A stretch of 64,000 nucleotides of DNA from a virus. Where the stretch lies: the IMG/VR virus record IMGVR_UViG_3300036766_000686, positions 1-64,000 of that record; one strand, written 5' to 3'. The notes under the pieces were generated by a model. The model ran no database searches. It saw only the letters and a program-made list of their open reading frames with translations, and was not told the origin of the DNA. Of this stretch, positions 1 to 8,867 are shown piece after piece (within the stretch, counting starts at the first letter, position 1; each line of letters begins with the position of its first letter). The translations under genes and the position numbers were made by a program.

Positions 1-253
1 TATCTTGACGCTCATCACCGCCACGTAACGCTCGGGTAAGAAAGCGATGATCCACGGTGACTAAAGCATCAACGCTCCTGCTCTTAAGGTGAAGCATAGA
101 CCCACGGTAGCGTTTTATTAATCGACTTAAAGGACGCTGGAATTCCAACACCCATTTTTTTTGATTGAAGGTCGCTAAACGTTGTTTCGAGGTAATCTCC
201 GAGGCAATCTTCCAACCCGAATCAGTTAAAAATTCGGTGTCCTCCGAGTGACA
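1..253 (-). mobile_element. Intein N-terminal splicing region in terL (truncated by window)
   Basis: After ...GLIIFN the frame reads CHSEDTEFLTDSGWK (block A) and later DALVTVDHRFL (block B TxxH). Confidence 0.85.
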
Positions 254-1144
254 GTTGAAAATAATCAACCCCATTGTCGAACGCTTCTCCTTGAAAAAAT
301 CCGGGGGAAAGCGCTCAGGGTCAGGCGATTGCTCGTCCTCGTTCAACGCGCGGATCACCAGCGTCCTGTCCTTCAACTCGTGTTCCATCAGGTGTCCGTA
401 TAGATCGTCGAAATGATACCTCACGCCCATCCTGTGATGCTCCCCAACGTGAGGACGCTTGGCATCGGGGGGGTGGAGCAACGGAGTATAAGTCTTGTAA
501 TACCACACCCGCGCTTTGTCCCGCATGTGGGTAGTTTCCGAGTTATCCTGCGTCACGAGGTCGTCGGTCAGCAGAATATCAAAGTGCCTAGACGTGATTG
601 CCGAATCCACACCCGTACAAGTAATGGTGGACTCTTTACAACGACGGGTCTTGCCTACCACGTCGATTTCGACCGTATCCCATTTCGCCACAAGTCGGGG
701 GTCGTAGAACTTGCCGAACACTTCAATTAATCGCTCGTTGTTTTCAAGGTGCGATTTAATCTCCCTCAAGATACCCGTCGAGGCAAGTTTGCTTTCCGAG
801 CCGATAAGTATTGTATAATTGCGATCTTTGCATAGGTAATGGATCGCCTTCGACGTTACTCCGATTGTAGATTTCCCGGCCCCTCGAAATGCCAAAATCA
901 AGCTGTCCTTGTGTTGAAATTGCCATTGCATGATGGCGAGATGGAACGGCTTGACGTCAAAACCCAGAATGGCGCCCGCGAGTATATCGATCCGATCGTT
1001 TTCCACGATCTGCTTCCGAAGCCACTCGTTGGACGCGTTGCGGTACTGCTCATAGACTTGCACAAGTTCATGCCGCTCCATGCGGTCAATCTTGTGCGCC
1101 GCTCCTTGTATGAGCGGGATGACATTCGAGGGGACGGGGGACAT
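1..1144 (-). CDS. terL: Terminase large subunit (5' part, runs off window), intein-containing
   Basis: Not in the ORF track because it has no stop in the window. Manual translation from ATG at 1144 gives MSPVPSNVIPLIQ..., Walker A-like LILAFRGAGKST, Walker B-like HFDILLTDDLV, and MGVRYHFDDLYG (terminase GTRWHxDDL-type motif). Confidence 0.9.
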   Translation of the reverse strand, partial: MSPVPSNVIPLIQGAAHKIDRMERHELVQVYEQYRNASNEWLRKQIVENDRIDILAGAILGFDVKPFHLAIMQWQFQHKDSLILAFRGAGKSTIGVTSKAIHYLCKDRNYTILIGSESKLASTGILREIKSHLENNERLIEVFGKFYDPRLVAKWDTVEIDVVGKTRRCKESTITCTGVDSAITSRHFDILLTDDLVTQDNSETTHMRDKARVWYYKTYTPLLHPPDAKRPHVGEHHRMGVRYHFDDLYGHLMEHELKDRTLVIRALNEDEQSPDPERFPPDFFKEKRSTMGLIIFNCHSEDTEFLTDSGWKIASEITSKQRLATFNQKKWVLEFQRPLSRLIKRYRGSMLHLKSRSVDALVTVDHRFLTRALRGGDERQD

Positions 1145-1153
1145 AGGGAATCG

Positions 1154-2101
1154 TTAAGTGGTGACGTCGGCAACAACGTCGTCGGCAACGGATTCACTGT
1201 CCGAGACTTGAGGAGCGTACTCTGCTTCGGTAGCAACCTCGTCAACGATTGCACCATCATCCGAAACTTGCGGAGCGTATTCTGCTTCGGTAGCGACGCC
1301 ATCGACGACCACACCGGCATCCGATACGCTCGGCGCGTACTCTGCCTCGGTCACTACAGCGTCCGCCGCTGCCATGCTATCCACCGATACGTCACGCAGG
1401 AACGCAATCTCGCGGGCAACCGAATCTCCCACCGTTGCTGAATCGCTCCCCGCTCCTCGAACGTAATCGGCAGCGGATTTCATTTCGTCTCCCACCGTTG
1501 CCGAATCGCTCCCAATGCTTCGAATGTAGTCCGCGGCGGATCGCAATACATCGCCCACCGTCACCGTATCGCGTGCCGTTGCGAAGTGCTCTCCATGCGT
1601 AGCCGCGTCCGTCGTCCCGATTGAATCGGCAATCGTTGCGCCAATCAGGTGCTCCGATTCTGCGCTACGGGAGTCCTCAACGAACTGCCGCGATCCCGCG
1701 ATCAAGATTTCCACTTCGTCGCCCGCCTTGAGTCCTCCGATCACGGAAACCCAGATCGTCGCCTCTGCCACGTTGCACGCGAACACATACGACGCCCCCG
1801 AGCCCACTCCCGAGCGAATAAGGCGAGGGGCGAAGGGAGCGAAACGTAACGCGACCGGATCCCACGACAGGACCTCAATCATCGGGTCGGGGGTGCCTGC
1901 TTTCGGCACCACGAGGATCAAAGCGACATTGTACCCCACCATGTTCATCCCCGCCGTGCGCCTCCCCTCGGGAAGCGAATCCAAAGCGCTTACCGCACGA
2001 TGCCGCGCGAACTTGGGAGAAGGAGTAGCTTGCGAAGTTGGAACATCGGTTGGGTCCAACAGATTAATTTCACTCAAAGGAACGTAAGGATCAAAACCCA
2101 T
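1154..2101 (-). CDS. Putative virion protein with C-terminal acidic 20-aa repeats
   Basis: ATG at 2101 follows a GGAGG RBS. Repeats such as SDAGVVVDGVATEAEYAPQV have a 60-nt DNA period at ~1190-1620. Confidence 0.7.
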   Translation of the reverse strand: MGFDPYVPLSEINLLDPTDVPTSQATPSPKFARHRAVSALDSLPEGRRTAGMNMVGYNVALILVVPKAGTPDPMIEVLSWDPVALRFAPFAPRLIRSGVGSGASYVFACNVAEATIWVSVIGGLKAGDEVEILIAGSRQFVEDSRSAESEHLIGATIADSIGTTDAATHGEHFATARDTVTVGDVLRSAADYIRSIGSDSATVGDEMKSAADYVRGAGSDSATVGDSVAREIAFLRDVSVDSMAAADAVVTEAEYAPSVSDAGVVVDGVATEAEYAPQVSDDGAIVDEVATEAEYAPQVSDSESVADDVVADVTT

Positions 2102-2174
2102 AGTGACCTCCTGTTGCAAAGAGGCGGGGTGGAGCGCCAGATACCCCACCCCGCATCCTCACAAGTTATTCGCC

Positions 2175-2483
2175 TTAGTCGCAGGCTTCCCAGTGAATGA
2201 CCTCGGTGGAGGCGTTCAGGTCGCCATCGGCACCAATGGTGAAACCGTTATTGAGCGGGGTAACGCCGTTTGACGTTACATAGCTTATATCGGTCGTGCC
2301 CGATCCGCTGTCCACGATTTTTTGCATGGCGGCATCAGGCATCGTGTGTTGCCAGTTGCCCACGCAATTGCCCGAGGTATTACGAAGGCAAACCGACCGA
2401 GGCCGGAAACCTACTGTCTTGACGTCGATAGCCGAGCCCGTGCCGACCACCGTTCCACATACCTTTCTTGTTCCTGCTGACAT
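2175..2483 (-). CDS. Hypothetical small beta-rich protein (possibly virion)
   Basis: 102-aa ORF, AGGAG RBS, Gly/Thr-rich. Confidence 0.7.
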   Translation of the reverse strand: MSAGTRKVCGTVVGTGSAIDVKTVGFRPRSVCLRNTSGNCVGNWQHTMPDAAMQKIVDSGSGTTDISYVTSNGVTPLNNGFTIGADGDLNASTEVIHWEACD

Positions 2484-2552
2484 TTCCTTTATCTCCTTTT
2501 AGGGGCGCTCTTGACAGTTGACGAACCTTCAGCAACCCGCCAACCTGCCCTC

Positions 2553-3227
2553 TCAGGCTGGAGCGCCATCGTTATTTCCACTACTGTTTTCAGGCGGGAC
2601 CGTCCCGCCAGAAATTTCCCTGCCTCTCGTCCTCGATCTCCCCCCGTGAACGGGGGAGCGGGTGTGAGGCTTTACCTTGTCGTTGATTACTCGCTCGGCG
2701 GGGAGGGAGCGATAGATCGGGCCGGGAGTTAAGTCGAGTAACTTCTGGTCCCCGAACCGCATCAGGTGGTCGTTAAATATGTTTATCTCGTTGATAATGT
2801 ACTGGTGCAACTCCTGTCGCCCCATGCTGCGGAACGCCTCGCCGGGCACAAACCCGGTCCCCGTGTGCGAACGCTCGACAACACCCAACTCCACACCCGT
2901 TTTCAAGATATCACGAATAATCTCCGACCTCGCGCGTATCGCCGCAACGTAGGTCGGGGAGTTGGGGACTACGTTCTCCAGCACCTTATCGAGTTTATCA
3001 AGCCCTTGCCTTTGCTCGATAACGTAACGGACGTAAGTTTGCTCAACGGGACGGGTCTTGACGAGGTCGGCATCGTGTTGGATGAGCTTTTCTTTCAGTT
3101 GCTCCACGTCCTCGATCGGGAGCCCGTAGGTAGAACTCAATGCCTCGTCGTCCAAGCCTTTTATCAAGCCCGAACGGACCTTTGCCAGTAACTCCTTCGA
3201 CGCGTTCCCGTTGAGTTTCGTTCCCAT
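2553..3227 (-). CDS. Hypothetical helical protein, possible terminase small subunit
   Basis: N-terminal HTH-like segment, helical body and position shortly upstream of terL. Function is inferred from context only. Confidence 0.5.
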   Translation of the reverse strand: MGTKLNGNASKELLAKVRSGLIKGLDDEALSSTYGLPIEDVEQLKEKLIQHDADLVKTRPVEQTYVRYVIEQRQGLDKLDKVLENVVPNSPTYVAAIRARSEIIRDILKTGVELGVVERSHTGTGFVPGEAFRSMGRQELHQYIINEINIFNDHLMRFGDQKLLDLTPGPIYRSLPAERVINDKVKPHTRSPVHGGRSRTRGREISGGTVPPENSSGNNDGAPA

Positions 3228-3272
3228 CGAAACCCATCATACCACGCCCAAGCGTTCGCTGTCCACGACAGA

Positions 3273-4085
3273 CTAGAACCGGGTCATGAAAGGGATACGC
3301 TGCCCGAATTTCCCGCCTTCCAGACCTGGGTTTTGTTTATACCCGCTCTTTTCCAGTGTCGCATGGATGTGGGGAAACACTTCGTCAAGCGGGCTTTCCA
3401 GCGCTCCCTCTCTATTCAACACCTCAAGCAACGAATAGGTGAACGCTCCATTGGGTCGATGATTGAATAGGGCGTCGGATGCGGTTTGGTTCGATTGACA
3501 AGCGGACAGCAGGGTCACGTTAAGTTGCCCGCCGGGGACGAGCTTGCGCACGTTGACCTTTTCTTTCACCGCCACACCATTACGCCATGCGATATCGAGC
3601 GGAGGGTGTAGGGCACGCGGACGACGTACGGAAGGAGGGTCGAAGCCTCTCGACAGATCGCCCGAGTGGCACGAGTCCGAAATCCAAAGCGCTTCCACGC
3701 AAGGAGGAACAGAGGAAAAAATATCGTTGAGGTGATTATCTCGAATAAACAACCCCTCTTTCCATTGAAAGTCCACGGGGCAAATAATCTCGTCCAGCCC
3801 ATCGACCTCAGCCGATACTGGGTCGCGGGAAGCGATCTGGGCTCCGTGTCCCGAGTAGTGAAAAAGTATCCTATCCCCTGCTTTGATTCCATCGACTAGC
3901 CAGAGCAAACGGTCAAGAATCGCGCGTGTCGTTGCGCGGGCGTCGGTCAGAAGGCGAATCTCGCGCAACTCGAACCCGCAACGTCCTACCAAAAAGTTTG
4001 CCATATCCTGTACGTCGTTCACGCAACCAGCGAGCGGAGCGCCGGGATATTCGTTGATGCCTACCAGCAAGGCTCGGCTTTTCAT
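3273..4085 (-). CDS. Metacaspase / caspase-family cysteine peptidase (C14)
   Basis: ALLVGINEY...LAGCVNDV N-terminus, catalytic His in FHYSGHG, DGLDEIICPVD, catalytic Cys in SDSCHSG, and LSACQSNQTASDA...NGAFTYSL...QNP C-terminal motifs. Confidence 0.93.
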   Translation of the reverse strand: MKSRALLVGINEYPGAPLAGCVNDVQDMANFLVGRCGFELREIRLLTDARATTRAILDRLLWLVDGIKAGDRILFHYSGHGAQIASRDPVSAEVDGLDEIICPVDFQWKEGLFIRDNHLNDIFSSVPPCVEALWISDSCHSGDLSRGFDPPSVRRPRALHPPLDIAWRNGVAVKEKVNVRKLVPGGQLNVTLLSACQSNQTASDALFNHRPNGAFTYSLLEVLNREGALESPLDEVFPHIHATLEKSGYKQNPGLEGGKFGQRIPFMTRF

Positions 4086-4489
4086 CAAACTATTCTCCTC
4101 ATGCTAAATACCTGAGATTCAATACGTGATTCGATCACGCTCTTAGCCGCTCCCTCGCTCCCCGTGATTTTCACCAGTTGACGAAACTCGGGACCGAGTT
4201 GAGATACGACCTTATCGATCGCCTTCGTCTTGACCTCGTTGCTTTGTTCCTCAGTCAACTTTCCCGCCGCCCCCCGTTTCACTTTGAGATTCCACACAAG
4301 TGTCTGTTCCATCTCCTCGACAACGTTTGGAATCGTCTCGCATAGCAAGGTCAAGACGTGTTGAAGGCGGGAGTCCTTAACTTTTTCGTCGATCCACTGC
4401 GACGCCTTCCAGCACGCCCACGACACAAGCGCAAGCAAGACGGGGGTAAAAGCGTCAATCAACTTCGCCCACAGTTCGTAACGTTCCAT
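4085..4489 (-). CDS. Single-TM membrane protein, holin-like (LL-H type architecture)
   Basis: N-terminal hydrophobic helix, then helical VVEEMEQ...KAIDKV...IESRIESQV. Its stop overlaps the metacaspase start (TGATG). Confidence 0.6.
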   Translation of the reverse strand: MERYELWAKLIDAFTPVLLALVSWACWKASQWIDEKVKDSRLQHVLTLLCETIPNVVEEMEQTLVWNLKVKRGAAGKLTEEQSNEVKTKAIDKVVSQLGPEFRQLVKITGSEGAAKSVIESRIESQVFSMRRIV

Positions 4490-4551
4490 AGCCGCCTCCT
4501 AGAGCATCCAAAATGGAGCTTTGTTTGCACAGCTTACCACACGTCACCCCC

Positions 4552-4584
4552 ATAAAGAAACCCTCCCCAAGCGGTGGAGAGGGT
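4552..4584 (-). terminator. Intrinsic terminator closing the 12.0-4.8 kb operon
   Basis: Minus strand ACCCUCUCCA-CCGCU-UGGGGAGGGU followed by UUCUUUAU: a 10-bp stem with a U-rich tail. Confidence 0.7.
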
Positions 4585-4734
4585 CGCTCTTGTAGGAGTC
4601 GTTGCACTTGTAAAGCGAGAAGGTGCGTATTTCCGCCCAGCCCTATCGCACTGAGCAACGCAAGCGCCTGAAAATCTAGGCTCCTGCGGAAGCTCTAGGG
4701 TAGGTTTATGGGCGGGAATACGTCTCGAAACTGC

Positions 4735-4762
4735 TACGCGGGCCTGCCGAAGAGACTGAGAG
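4735..4762. repeat. Inverted repeat, left copy (partner at 11623-11662)
   Basis: TACGCGGGC+CTGCCGAAGAGACTGAGAG. The 19-mer is the exact reverse complement of 11623-11641 and the 9-mer of 11654-11662. Confidence 0.9.
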
Positions 4763-4813
4763 CTTTTCTTATGTGTACGAACGGTGCGCAGTTAGGTTAA
4801 CTTACTCGCTGAG

Positions 4814-5305
4814 TTACAGTCCGATCACTGTCAAGAGTTGCAACAACTTGGGATCGAAGGACTCGGGCCGCGGGGGCGAGACGTACTCTCCGTCCTGCTC
4901 ACGCTTGACGATATTCAACGCCGCCACGCGCAACTCGCTTCCCTCACTGTCCACCAACTTTCCCGCGCCGATCGCCGCGCACTCAAACCCGAGCTTGCGC
5001 AACTGCACCGCGCGCCGCTTCGCCCCGTAGGACTTTGACGTGTAAAGTTCCTGCACCGAACGCGCGAACTCCGCACGTGAAATACACACGGGGGGGTGTG
5101 ACTTGCGAGCGAAGGAATCGAGGCGTTCGTTCTGGTTGAGAACCAACCCCTTGAGGTACGCGATTTCGCATTCCGACGAACAGAAATCCGAACCTCGCCC
5201 CCGAGGAACTTCCTCTTTGCACTGTTTACAAAGTTTAATCTCTTCCTTCTCCTTGCTGTTCGTTGTCGTTGTTTCGGTTTGTTGTTTGGGTTTTCGTGTG
5301 CTCAT
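4814..5305 (-). CDS. Hypothetical protein with CxxC...FCSxxC zinc ribbon
   Basis: CKQC...FCSSEC motif, GGAGG RBS. Confidence 0.7.
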   Translation of the reverse strand: MSTRKPKQQTETTTTNSKEKEEIKLCKQCKEEVPRGRGSDFCSSECEIAYLKGLVLNQNERLDSFARKSHPPVCISRAEFARSVQELYTSKSYGAKRRAVQLRKLGFECAAIGAGKLVDSEGSELRVAALNIVKREQDGEYVSPPRPESFDPKLLQLLTVIGL

Positions 5306-5366
5306 TATTTGCCTCCTTGTTATTCGTTTTCTTGTTTCGATTGCTGTTAGGTTGTTGTTTGTCTTG

Positions 5367-6038
5367 TTATCGAAGGATCACGGCAACTTGAAAGGCGCCC
5401 CATAGTGAACCTTTTCGCGTCAAGAACCCGCGCCGCGCGAGTTCCCTTCCGATCTCCCTCAACGAACGTCCTTTATTCCTCAGTTCGATAGCGATCGCCT
5501 TAATGCGTTGCTCTCGTGTCTCGGGAACGAGCTTGCGGGACTTCGGGTCAATCGCGTACCCGTACCTCACATGCCCGCCCGTGTACTCTCCTTGCTCCCG
5601 CTTGTATCGAGCAACTCGCGCCGTGTTTTCGGAAATGTTCTCCCGTTGCCACTGCGCCACGCTGCCCAGAATGTTCAACACGAGCCTGCCTCCTGCTGTC
5701 CTCGTGTCGATCTGCTCCGCGACCGATAGCAGTTGCGCTCCTCCCTCTCCAAAGTATTCGTCTAGCAAGTCGCCCAAGTCCTTGACCGACCTCGTAAGAC
5801 GATCAAGCGCAGAAACTACGAGCGCCTGCGCTTCGCCTCGCTCCAGCACCATCAACGCCGCCTGCACCCCGTCCCGTTTCAACGTCTTAGCGCTCACGCC
5901 TTTGTCCTCAAGGATCATCACGAGTTCCAACCCGTACAGTTCCGCGTACCTCTTGATCCTATCGCGTTGAGCGTCAAGGCTCAGCCCCTTGTCGGCTTGA
6001 TCCTCGGTGCTTACCCTCACGTACCCTACCGCCTTCAT
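5367..6038 (-). CDS. Serine recombinase (resolvase/invertase catalytic domain plus short recombinase-type DNA-binding domain)
   Basis: MKAVGYVRVSTEDQ (catalytic Ser), D-x-GVSA, LDRLTRS, then GGHVRYGY...SLREIGREL...W. True start is likely ATG 6038 after GAGG. Confidence 0.92.
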   Translation of the reverse strand: MKAVGYVRVSTEDQADKGLSLDAQRDRIKRYAELYGLELVMILEDKGVSAKTLKRDGVQAALMVLERGEAQALVVSALDRLTRSVKDLGDLLDEYFGEGGAQLLSVAEQIDTRTAGGRLVLNILGSVAQWQRENISENTARVARYKREQGEYTGGHVRYGYAIDPKSRKLVPETREQRIKAIAIELRNKGRSLREIGRELARRGFLTRKGSLWGAFQVAVILR

Positions 6039-6256
6039 GTTCCTAACCTCTTTCCTTCTCGATTCAACACCGCGAGAATAAGTTGATGAAATACCGCGTC
6101 TCTGATTTCGTTGGTAGCGTCCGCTGGCCCGCAACAACCCACAGGCCATTGGATTTGGTATTGCAGGTTTTCTCGTATCGCGGAAAGACTCCAGTGACCC
6201 CAGAAGATACGAAAGCCCGCCTCAATCAATAGTTGTTCGATTCCTTGCCAGTTCAT
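6035..6256 (-). CDS. Hypothetical protein
   Basis: ATGA overlaps with neighbouring genes at both ends. Confidence 0.55.
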   Translation of the reverse strand: MNWQGIEQLLIEAGFRIFWGHWSLSAIRENLQYQIQWPVGCCGPADATNEIRDAVFHQLILAVLNREGKRLGT

Positions 6257-6447
6257 CGTGTCGCCCAATCGTAGCGCTTGGGGAAAACGCGCAGGCACGT
6301 CTTACAAGTGACCTTCGCCTTCTCTCCCGTTGTCGTGTATCGTGTCTTGTCGAGGTCGAGCATTTTTACTTGGGCGCAACACGCGGGAAAGTTGATCCCC
6401 GCGTTATTTTTCAATCGTATGTCCGTCCAGTGTGTTTTCCTTTTCAT
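6253..6447 (-). CDS. Small Cys/His protein (H...CC...CxxC)
   Basis: GGAGG RBS, VTCKTC motif. Confidence 0.6.
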   Translation of the reverse strand: MKRKTHWTDIRLKNNAGINFPACCAQVKMLDLDKTRYTTTGEKAKVTCKTCLRVFPKRYDWATR

Positions 6448-6618
6448 TGGGCCTCCTTGTTTACTTCGTTTATCTCCTTAACGCTCAACCGCTTGTGAGC
6501 TTTGCGCGTTCGCGGAGTGGTGCGCCACGTGAAAGTCATCCCGCAAGCTCGGCAGCGAAGGACTTTCCGGTTGCCTAGTTTCCCGAGCAACACCAACTCC
6601 CCACTACATATTGAACAC

Positions 6619-7008
6619 TCACGCCGGTACCGCCTTGGTCGAGTTCCCGAAACACTCGTCCTTGTGCGGGCAGGGGTTGCAGGTCATCGGACGAGGAAGA
6701 AGCCCCCGACAAGCATCCCCGCGCCCGAAGCGGAAAACGTACACCTCAAGGAAAGCGCTTGCCGCGATCGCTGCCGCGCCCGGCTCCCACGAATTGAGTA
6801 CATCAAAGAGAGCTTGAGGAACTGCCATGCCCCAGTGGACGTCCTTGTACTGCGGTTCCCATTGCTCCTTCATTCGATGAATTTCCTCCAACTCGACCGC
6901 GATCTTTTCCAGCACCTCGTCTCTTTTCTTTTCCAGCCTGTAAAGTCGTTCCGTAAGCTCACAACGCCCGACCATTGCGGACGTCGGTTTTTTGAACTGT
7001 CTTTCCAT
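6619..7008 (-). CDS. Hypothetical protein with coiled coil and Cys-rich tail
   Basis: AGGAG RBS, 129 aa. Confidence 0.6.
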   Translation of the reverse strand: MERQFKKPTSAMVGRCELTERLYRLEKKRDEVLEKIAVELEEIHRMKEQWEPQYKDVHWGMAVPQALFDVLNSWEPGAAAIAASAFLEVYVFRFGRGDACRGLLPRPMTCNPCPHKDECFGNSTKAVPA

Positions 7009-7170
7009 TGCTTGTCTCCTTTGCTTGTTGTTTACTCGCCTTATTCTTCTTGGGAAAAACCATCGCTTCGTAAATCGAGAAATTCTCGAAAGCCTGTTCC
7101 TCGTAAGTGTCGAGGGTCAGTTGTAGGTCGGCTCGCGCTTGCGTATCGCGAGGAAGGCAAAAGTAGTACC

Positions 7171-7542
7171 TCACGCGTCCACCCATCCTTTCTTGAACTT
7201 TTGCCAGCGCCCCTCGAACCATCGCGTGGCTTCTCGACACTTGGGACGGGGGATTTCAATGAGCACTACCTTGTAGGCGACCGTCTCGCTTCCGTTTCCC
7301 AGACAAGCGTCCGTCCACCCTTGCCGTTTGCTATGCACGCAATATGTCCCCGCCGTCTTGTAAATCGCTCCCGAGTCTAAGTTGATGAACTCGGGAAGCA
7401 GAGGGAGTCCGTCGAACCCGTACAGCTTCCACCAGTGCTCAATACGCTGTGGTTGAGTTTTCGAAGTGTAGGACGAGATTGCAAACAACGTCCCGTCCTC
7501 TACCTCAAGCCGATCGCTCTTGGCGTTCATGTTGGTCAACAT
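7171..7542 (-). CDS. Hypothetical protein
   Basis: ATG 7542 follows a GGAG RBS. Confidence 0.55.
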   Translation of the reverse strand: MLTNMNAKSDRLEVEDGTLFAISSYTSKTQPQRIEHWWKLYGFDGLPLLPEFINLDSGAIYKTAGTYCVHSKRQGWTDACLGNGSETVAYKVVLIEIPRPKCREATRWFEGRWQKFKKGWVDA

Positions 7543-7627
7543 TTTTTTCTCCCCGATAATCGAAGGTGAAAAAGCGCTTCCCCCGCGGCTCGCTACAAGC
7601 TCACGAGGGAAGCGCGATTTCATTTCC

Positions 7628-8827
7628 CTATTCGTTCACTAACCCCGCCTCTTTCAACCAATTGTCCCCGCCCAGCGCCTTCGTGACTTTGCGCGCCTCG
7701 GGGGTCGCCAGCCCATCAATCTTGCCCAGTAGTTTAGCAGGGCTCCAAACGATCCCAGGGCTGTTCGCGTTCGTCACGTTGTACAGCAGTTCCCACAGCT
7801 TCCGCGCCCACGCGCGTTTGACCTTCGCATCCTTCTCCGATGCGATACACGACACACAAGCGGCCAACACAGCCTGCGTCCGATCAAGTCGCGTGGAGTT
7901 GTGTTCGAACGTCACCTTCCCGTCCAACAGTTCGTAGGGGTTGGGCAAGTCTTGCGCCTCAAGCCACGCAAAGAATTCTCCCGCCATCCCGTCTCCCACG
8001 AACGAAGCAAAAAAAGCATATTGCTCCGTTTCGCTCAGTTCGTGAATGATAGACGATGCCAACGCCCGAGTCGCCATTTCAATCGAGCGCCGAGACGACC
8101 AAGCCCTTGACGCTTGCGGGTCATCGGCTTTGGGTTGCTTGTGCAGGAACTCGGGGCGGGCGCGAAGGAACCCAAGCACCTTCCCCTTGGCTTTCGTAAA
8201 CTCCTCATTCCAGAGCAACAGAACACGAGCTTCCTCAGCGTTCGCGTCCTTTACGGACACAACACGCTCCGCGAACGCGTCCACAGAGTTGAGATAGTCC
8301 GCGTATTCGTCAAGCCCGCCTGCATCGAACTCCAGATGCCCAAGTCTGTTCGCTTGCGCCATCGACAGTTCGTACCCCGCCGCCGCCTCAGCGGGGGGAT
8401 TATAGATCGCCATCACGCGAACGTTGGGTCCGAACTGGTGCGTACCAATGCGCTTGTCGAGCGAGATGCCCAACAACGCGGGCTGGAGGGCGGGGGAAGC
8501 AGTCGTAAGTTCCTCGAGCACCACGACGCCCCGCCGCCCCTTTGCGAACTTATCGACCCAGTCGGGAGCGGGGTAGGCAAGCCTGCACTTGTCTCCCTCG
8601 CCCACCGGAACGGGGACAACGCCGAACGCTCCCTCCCCACGTTCACCCGGCGATAAAACCTCACTCTCGAATCCCCACTCCTTCGCCGCTTGCACCACCT
8701 GTGCCGACTTGCTCACTCCCGGCGACCCTACCAGCGCCAGCGTCAATCCCCACCCGCGGGTTGTAGGGGTGAACCAAGATGCTTTAATGATATTTTTCAT
8801 TGACCCAGATTTTTCAGATTTACTCAT
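7628..8827 (-). CDS. MoxR-like AAA+ ATPase
   Basis: Walker A GSPGVSKS, Walker B VVVLEEL, sensor NPP, ANR arginine finger, SRRS. Start is likely ATG 8827 (AGGAG RBS). Adjacent to a vWA gene. Confidence 0.85.
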   Translation of the reverse strand: MSKSEKSGSMKNIIKASWFTPTTRGWGLTLALVGSPGVSKSAQVVQAAKEWGFESEVLSPGERGEGAFGVVPVPVGEGDKCRLAYPAPDWVDKFAKGRRGVVVLEELTTASPALQPALLGISLDKRIGTHQFGPNVRVMAIYNPPAEAAAGYELSMAQANRLGHLEFDAGGLDEYADYLNSVDAFAERVVSVKDANAEEARVLLLWNEEFTKAKGKVLGFLRARPEFLHKQPKADDPQASRAWSSRRSIEMATRALASSIIHELSETEQYAFFASFVGDGMAGEFFAWLEAQDLPNPYELLDGKVTFEHNSTRLDRTQAVLAACVSCIASEKDAKVKRAWARKLWELLYNVTNANSPGIVWSPAKLLGKIDGLATPEARKVTKALGGDNWLKEAGLVNE

Positions 8828-8867
8828 TTTATGCTCCTGCTTGTTTGCTTGTTTCGAACACTGACCT

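Noticed and set aside
460-475. G7 run as a frameshift in terL
   Set aside because: The terminase frame reads straight through (LHPPDAKRPH) to the downstream conserved motifs.
1190-1620. 60-bp periodic repeats as a CRISPR array or DGR template/variable repeats (also 48600-48980)
   Set aside because: The repeats are in-frame coding with codon-position variation. There are no unique spacers, no A-specific mismatch pattern, and no cas or reverse transcriptase gene in the window.
4720-4765. Hammerhead ribozyme (GAAA and CTGA motifs)
   Set aside because: CTGAGAG does not match CUGANGA, and the stems are not in hammerhead order.
5367-6038. IS607-like element or large serine integrase
   Set aside because: There is no N-terminal MerR-type HTH and no adjacent TnpB. 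The protein is too short (223 aa) and lacks the zinc-ribbon/coiled-coil region of integrases.
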